Shown here in pieces: positions 59,602-64,000 of a DNA stretch of 64,000 nt. The notes below the pieces were generated by a model. That model saw only the letters and a list, made by a program, of their open reading frames with translations, was not told the origin of the DNA and made no database searches. Location of the stretch: contig NC_091289.1 of assembly GCF_032444005.1 (NCBI RefSeq), positions 22,754,001-22,818,000 of the forward strand, read 5' to 3'. A program made the position numbers and the translations under genes. How positions within the stretch are numbered: position 1 is the first letter of the stretch; every line of letters begins with the position of its first letter. This stretch comes from Ranitomeya imitator (lineage: Eukaryota).

Positions 59602-61429
59602 CTGAGAAATGGCGCTTTTCGCGTCATTGAAACGCGACTTTGGCGCGAAAGTCGCGTACCGCATGGCCGACCCCGCACAGGGGTCGGATCGGGTTTCATG
59701 AAACCCGACTTTGCCAAAAGTCGGCGACTTTTGAAAATGAACGACCCGTTTCGCTCAACCCTACCCATAACGTTAGAGTCAAGTCTTTTTTCCTGAGTTT
59801 TTAGAGCAGAAACTCCAGGTTTTTCAAGAGTTTTGCTTTTTAGAGGAGGATTAAAAGTGTTTTCACTCAGTTTACGCTTAGTTTCTGCTCCAAAAAAACT
59901 CTTTTTGAAGCTCAGTAATCACATACCCTAAATATACTCTTACTGGCGCAGGAACTGTGGGTCATCAGGCATGTCCAACATAGACATGGATGAATTAAAG
60001 GGTATATTAATCTTTGAAGCTTAATTTTCTAAGGCAACTAAGTGTCTTAAGTGCATCTAAAATAAAATAAATAATCCTTGTTAAATATATTTGACCATTT
60101 TTTTGGTCTCTCCTTGGTTACAATCTACAAATGGCCCCCTAGATGCCAACTGTCGGGGATTTCCTAGGGGGCAAAAGGGTCCAGAGTTAAGCTCTATTGG
60201 GCCAGAGGTGTTTTCTGGTGGGGTTCCTTGAGGTTTTGGGTTTGGGGATGGGACTTAAAGTGACTCTACACCCTGGGATTAAAAAGTAACTATACATTTC
60301 TCATATATAGTCACCCAATCCGATGCAGTCCGTATGTCCCCTGTTGTCTTCTCTGCCCAGATTGACGTTCCTTTCCTCCTGAATCCAAGATGGCCACCAC
60401 CATGCAATGAAGAGTACAGTGTTAAGTCTACAGCAAGTCTTTTTTGCCCTTCCTATCTCAGAGCACAGGGGTGGTTTATACTTTTAACTGCACCCCCATT
60501 CTACGAGAGTGGCCATCTTGGATGCTGGAGGAACGGAATGCCAATTTGAGCAGCGGAGGCATCGGGAGGTATATGGAGGGGCACCAGGTAGGGTGAATAT
60601 ACGTCACAAAAGTATAGTCATTTTACAAGCCCCGAGGGAAGGGTCGCTTTAAAAGTCCCCGAAAATGTTGGTAACTATGCCCCCTTTAAGTTACAGAACA
60701 ATGGAAACGTTACATAGAAGAGGGCAGCTCTTGGAACAAAAAGTAAAGAAAAAAAAAGGTTGCAACTCACATTTCCAAATTCCACAAGCGAAGCATAAAA
60801 AAGAAAAAAGAATGTAGGTTTGTTTTGCAAATACCAAGTTCTGCAGAGCTGACACCCTTATATCGGGCCTCCATTATGATGCAAAGAAGAAAAGAGAAAA
60901 AAAAAATGTAGGCATTCTGACAAATTTCTATGAGTTGCATAACTTTTTTTTTTCTTCCCAAGCCCTCCAGTCCTGCAGGTGCGGATCTTGCAATCACCCA
61001 GGCATGTGATTAATGAACTACAGAAGAAAAATACTCAATAGAATTTTCTGCAAAGAACCAAGTCCGGCTAAATCAACTCTGTACTGTAATTTATTGATTC
61101 CACTAAATTGCAAAAAATCAACTATTTTAAAATAACATTTTTAAATAAATCTGTTAATAGATATAATAAATTAAACTGTGTTAATTTTTAGCAGCGTTTT
61201 GGTGGCTTTTTGCCTTTTATTTTGATATATTTGTACCATGCATTATTTCCTGGCATTTGTTAAACTCTATAAAGAAGCCTGCTGAAAAAAAATGTCCAGG
61301 CATGCTACATACTCAAAAACACTAATAAGCTCCCAAAACAATACAAAAACACCACAAACCAAAATGAAGGTTTGTATTTCATTCTGTCAGTCAAGGGGAC
61401 CGCGGTGGGGGGAAGCCATAGGGGACCCG

Positions 61430-62910
61430 CCTCTTGGACTAGTCATCCTAGTAGTATCATTTCCAGCTGCTCTTATATAGGGAGAAACCTGTCACCCAAG
61501 GGTAGCAGGGTGAGGAGAAGCCACTGGGAAGTGGCGTTCTTGACTAGCCATCCTAGTTGCATCATTCCCAGCTGTAGCTATATAGGAAGAGACCTGTCAT
61601 CAAGGGTGGTGAAAACCACTGGGAAGTGGCCTTCTTGACTAGGCATCCTAGTCACATCATTTCCAGCTGCAGTTATATAGAAAGAGACCTGTTATCAAGG
61701 TTAGCAGGGTGGGGGAATCCGCTGGGGACTGGCCTCTTGGACTAGTCATCCTAGTCGCATCATTCCCAGCTGGGAGAGACCTGTCATTCAAGGGAATTGG
61801 GGTGGGGAAATGCTGGGTACTGGCTTCTTGGACTAGTCATCCTTGTCGCATTTTTCCCAACTGTTATTATATATAGAGAGACCTGTCCGTCAAAGCTAGC
61901 CGGTGGGGAAAACCCAGCGAGGACCAGCCTCTTGGACTAGTCATCCTAATCGTATCATTCCCAGCTGCTGGTATATAGGGAGAGACCTGTCAGTCAAGTG
62001 TAGCTAGGTAGAGTGAATCCACCGGGGACAAGCCTCATGAACTAGTAATCCTAGTCACATCATTCCCAGCTGGCATTATATAGGGAGAGACCTGTTAGTC
62101 AATGGGATTGCGGTGGGGAAATGCTTCTGGGGACCGGCCTCTTGGACTAGTTATCCTAGTTGTATTCTTTCCAGCTGTTATTATATATGGAGAGACCTCT
62201 CAGACAAAGGTAGTGGGGTGGTGAGAAGCCAGCGAGGACTGGCCTCTTAGGCTAGTTATCCTATTCGTATCATTCCCAGCTGCTGGGATATAGGGAGAGA
62301 CCTGTCAGTCAAGAGTAGCTAGGTACAATAAAGCCACCAGGCATAAGCCTCATGGACTAGTAATCCTAGTCACATTATTCCTAGCTGCCATTATATAGGA
62401 AGAGACCTGTTAGTCAAGGGGATTGGATTGGTGAAATGCTGCTGGGGACCGGCCTCTTGGACTAGTTATCCTAGTCGTATTCTTTCCAGCTGTTATATAT
62501 ATGTAGAGACCTGTCAGTCAAAGGTAGCAGGGTGGGGAGAAGCCAGCGAGGACTGGCCTCTTGGACTAGTCATTCGAGTCGTATCATTTCTAGCTGCTGT
62601 TATATAGGTACAAACCTCTCAGTCAAGAGTAGCTAGGTAGAGCGAAGCTGCCAGGAACAAGCCTCATGGACTAGTAATCCTAGTCACATTATTACCAGCT
62701 GCCATTGAATAGGGAGAGACCTGTCAGTCAAGGGTAGCATGGTAGAGAGAAGCCACATTGTACCGGCCTCTTGGACTAGTCATCTTAGTCGCATCATACC
62801 CAGCTGCCATTATATAGGGAGAGACCTGACAGTCAAAGGGAGCGGGGGGTGGGAGAAACTGCTGGAGACTGGTTTCTTGGACTAATCATCCTTTTCGTAC
62901 CCTCCTCAGC
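61430..62910. repeat. Satellite-like array, ~104-bp unit, ~15 copies, with ~315-bp trimeric higher-order repeat
   Basis: GACTAGT(C/A/T)ATCC...CCAGCTG...TATATAGGGAGAGACCTGT recurs. The variant CCAGCGAGGAC occurs at ~61915, ~62230 and ~62544. Confidence 0.93.
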
Positions 62911-63199
62911 TGCTGTTACACAGGGGGAGACCAGTCAGTTTAGCTGAGTGATGCAGTGAGAAGAAGCTGGCAATCTTCTCCATAGACATATCGTATCCAG
63001 CAGCCATTTCAGAGTGAATTATATACAGTATGGCAGCAATAACAGCGTTTCTAGTTCGAGCAGCATGAATCTGCTGACAGTTTCCCTTTAAAAAGGTGAT
63101 CCCATTTGGCATATCCACTGCGACCCACCACTGAGACATGCATCAGCTTTAAGAGAAGGCCCATTGTGCACCACTGTCATGCGCCAATTATATGGGAGT

Positions 63200-63660
63200 G
63201 CCGAAAAATTGAATTCACCGGGAAATTTTTACAAATTCATACAAACCAATGGAGAAAATTGGGTGGTCTCCTGACCACTGACAACCCCACCTGGTGAAGC
63301 TCCAGCAATTCTACTTGCATCCATTATATATTTATGGCATATCTTATGGAAATATCCCTTTCAATGACAAGTCAATATCGAAATCGATGGTTCCATTCAG
63401 CCACTAGGACCCAAGAATCCCAATGTCTGTCATTCGCTCGCCCCCCAGAACTCTAAGCCAACGCTCTGGATCTACGAGAAGCCAAACACCTCGTTTGACC
63501 AGGAGGACATTCAGACTATCCTCTGTGCTCATAAGCTCCAGCGGTGGAAGGTCCATTTGGAAGACATTATCTGCGATCATTAAGCAATTACGCAGCTCGA
63601 ATCCTCAGCATGTTGCCGAGATTTTGATTACTTAAATGCTTTTATTGGAGTGAAAGAAAA
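63200..63660 (+). pseudogene. Possible degraded L1-like ORF2 3' remnant
   Basis: HREIFTNSYKPM...LWHILWKYP...ILCAHKLQRWK resembles L1 QETNYK...HIWWxCP...AARxxIAxxWK. A-rich tract follows. Confidence 0.33.
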
Positions 63661-64000
63661 AAAGTTTCGGCTTTTAAGTTTATCTCTGTTTATGGAAAAT
63701 GTCTATTTTTAGAGCATCGAGACAGAATTTGGATCAAAAATACTATTCCTGCAGAGAAGAGAAAAAGGCAGAAAACACAATAAAAGAGAGATTTTTTGCA
63801 TGCTTTGTAACCAAGAAAATGAAGTGATAAAAAAGTTTATAAAAAAGGCACATTGAAAATAAATAAATAAATGGGTGAACGCAGCTTTCAGTCTATTCAG
63901 CACAGGTTTAGTACACTATTCCCTCATGCCAGCTTTGATAAATCCGTCGCATTGTTTCTCCCATCATCATCCATTAAAAGCCAGAAAGCTGTAAGTTTAT

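Larger units (their letters stand above)
48448..59763 (-). mobile_element. Full-length hAT DNA transposon, 11316 bp, 8-bp TSD CCCATAAC
   Basis: TIRs TAGAGTTGAGCGA / TCGCTCAACCCTA. CCCATAAC at 48440-48447 and 59764-59771. Subterminal palindromes GGGTTTCGCGAAACCC / GGGTTTCATGAAACCC. Confidence 0.97.

Overview
Eukaryotic, repeat-dense, largely non-genic DNA. The transposon repertoire (Tc1 with long TIRs, CR1, chromovirus-type Gypsy, hAT, T2/Kolobok- and Harbinger-type MITEs, Penelope) points to an anuran amphibian genome; this is inference. Main contents: (i) a nested LTR cluster and a degenerate, probably chimeric Ty3/Gypsy provirus (889-8501); (ii) a young Tc1 element whose otherwise intact DD34E transposase is split by a 5'-truncated CR1 LINE (13178-17398); (iii) a ~295-bp repeat monomer carrying a type I hammerhead ribozyme motif plus an inverted second copy (20030-20512), and a Penelope-like pLTR with an inverted tail and a variant hammerhead inside a (TA)n tract (21534-22234); (iv) a composite non-autonomous hAT element with two solo LTRs inside its minisatellite (31755-36179); (v) two candidate terminal exons of an unidentified host gene (36809-37187); (vi) an assembly gap (46219-46919); (vii) an 11.3-kb hAT transposon with 8-bp TSD, a ~1189-aa transposase broken by one homopolymer frameshift, and three internal tandem arrays (48448-59763); (viii) several minisatellites with higher-order structure, many MITEs and weak L1 remnants. 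Most short ORFs in the supplied track are spurious. No rRNA, tRNA or CRISPR array was seen.
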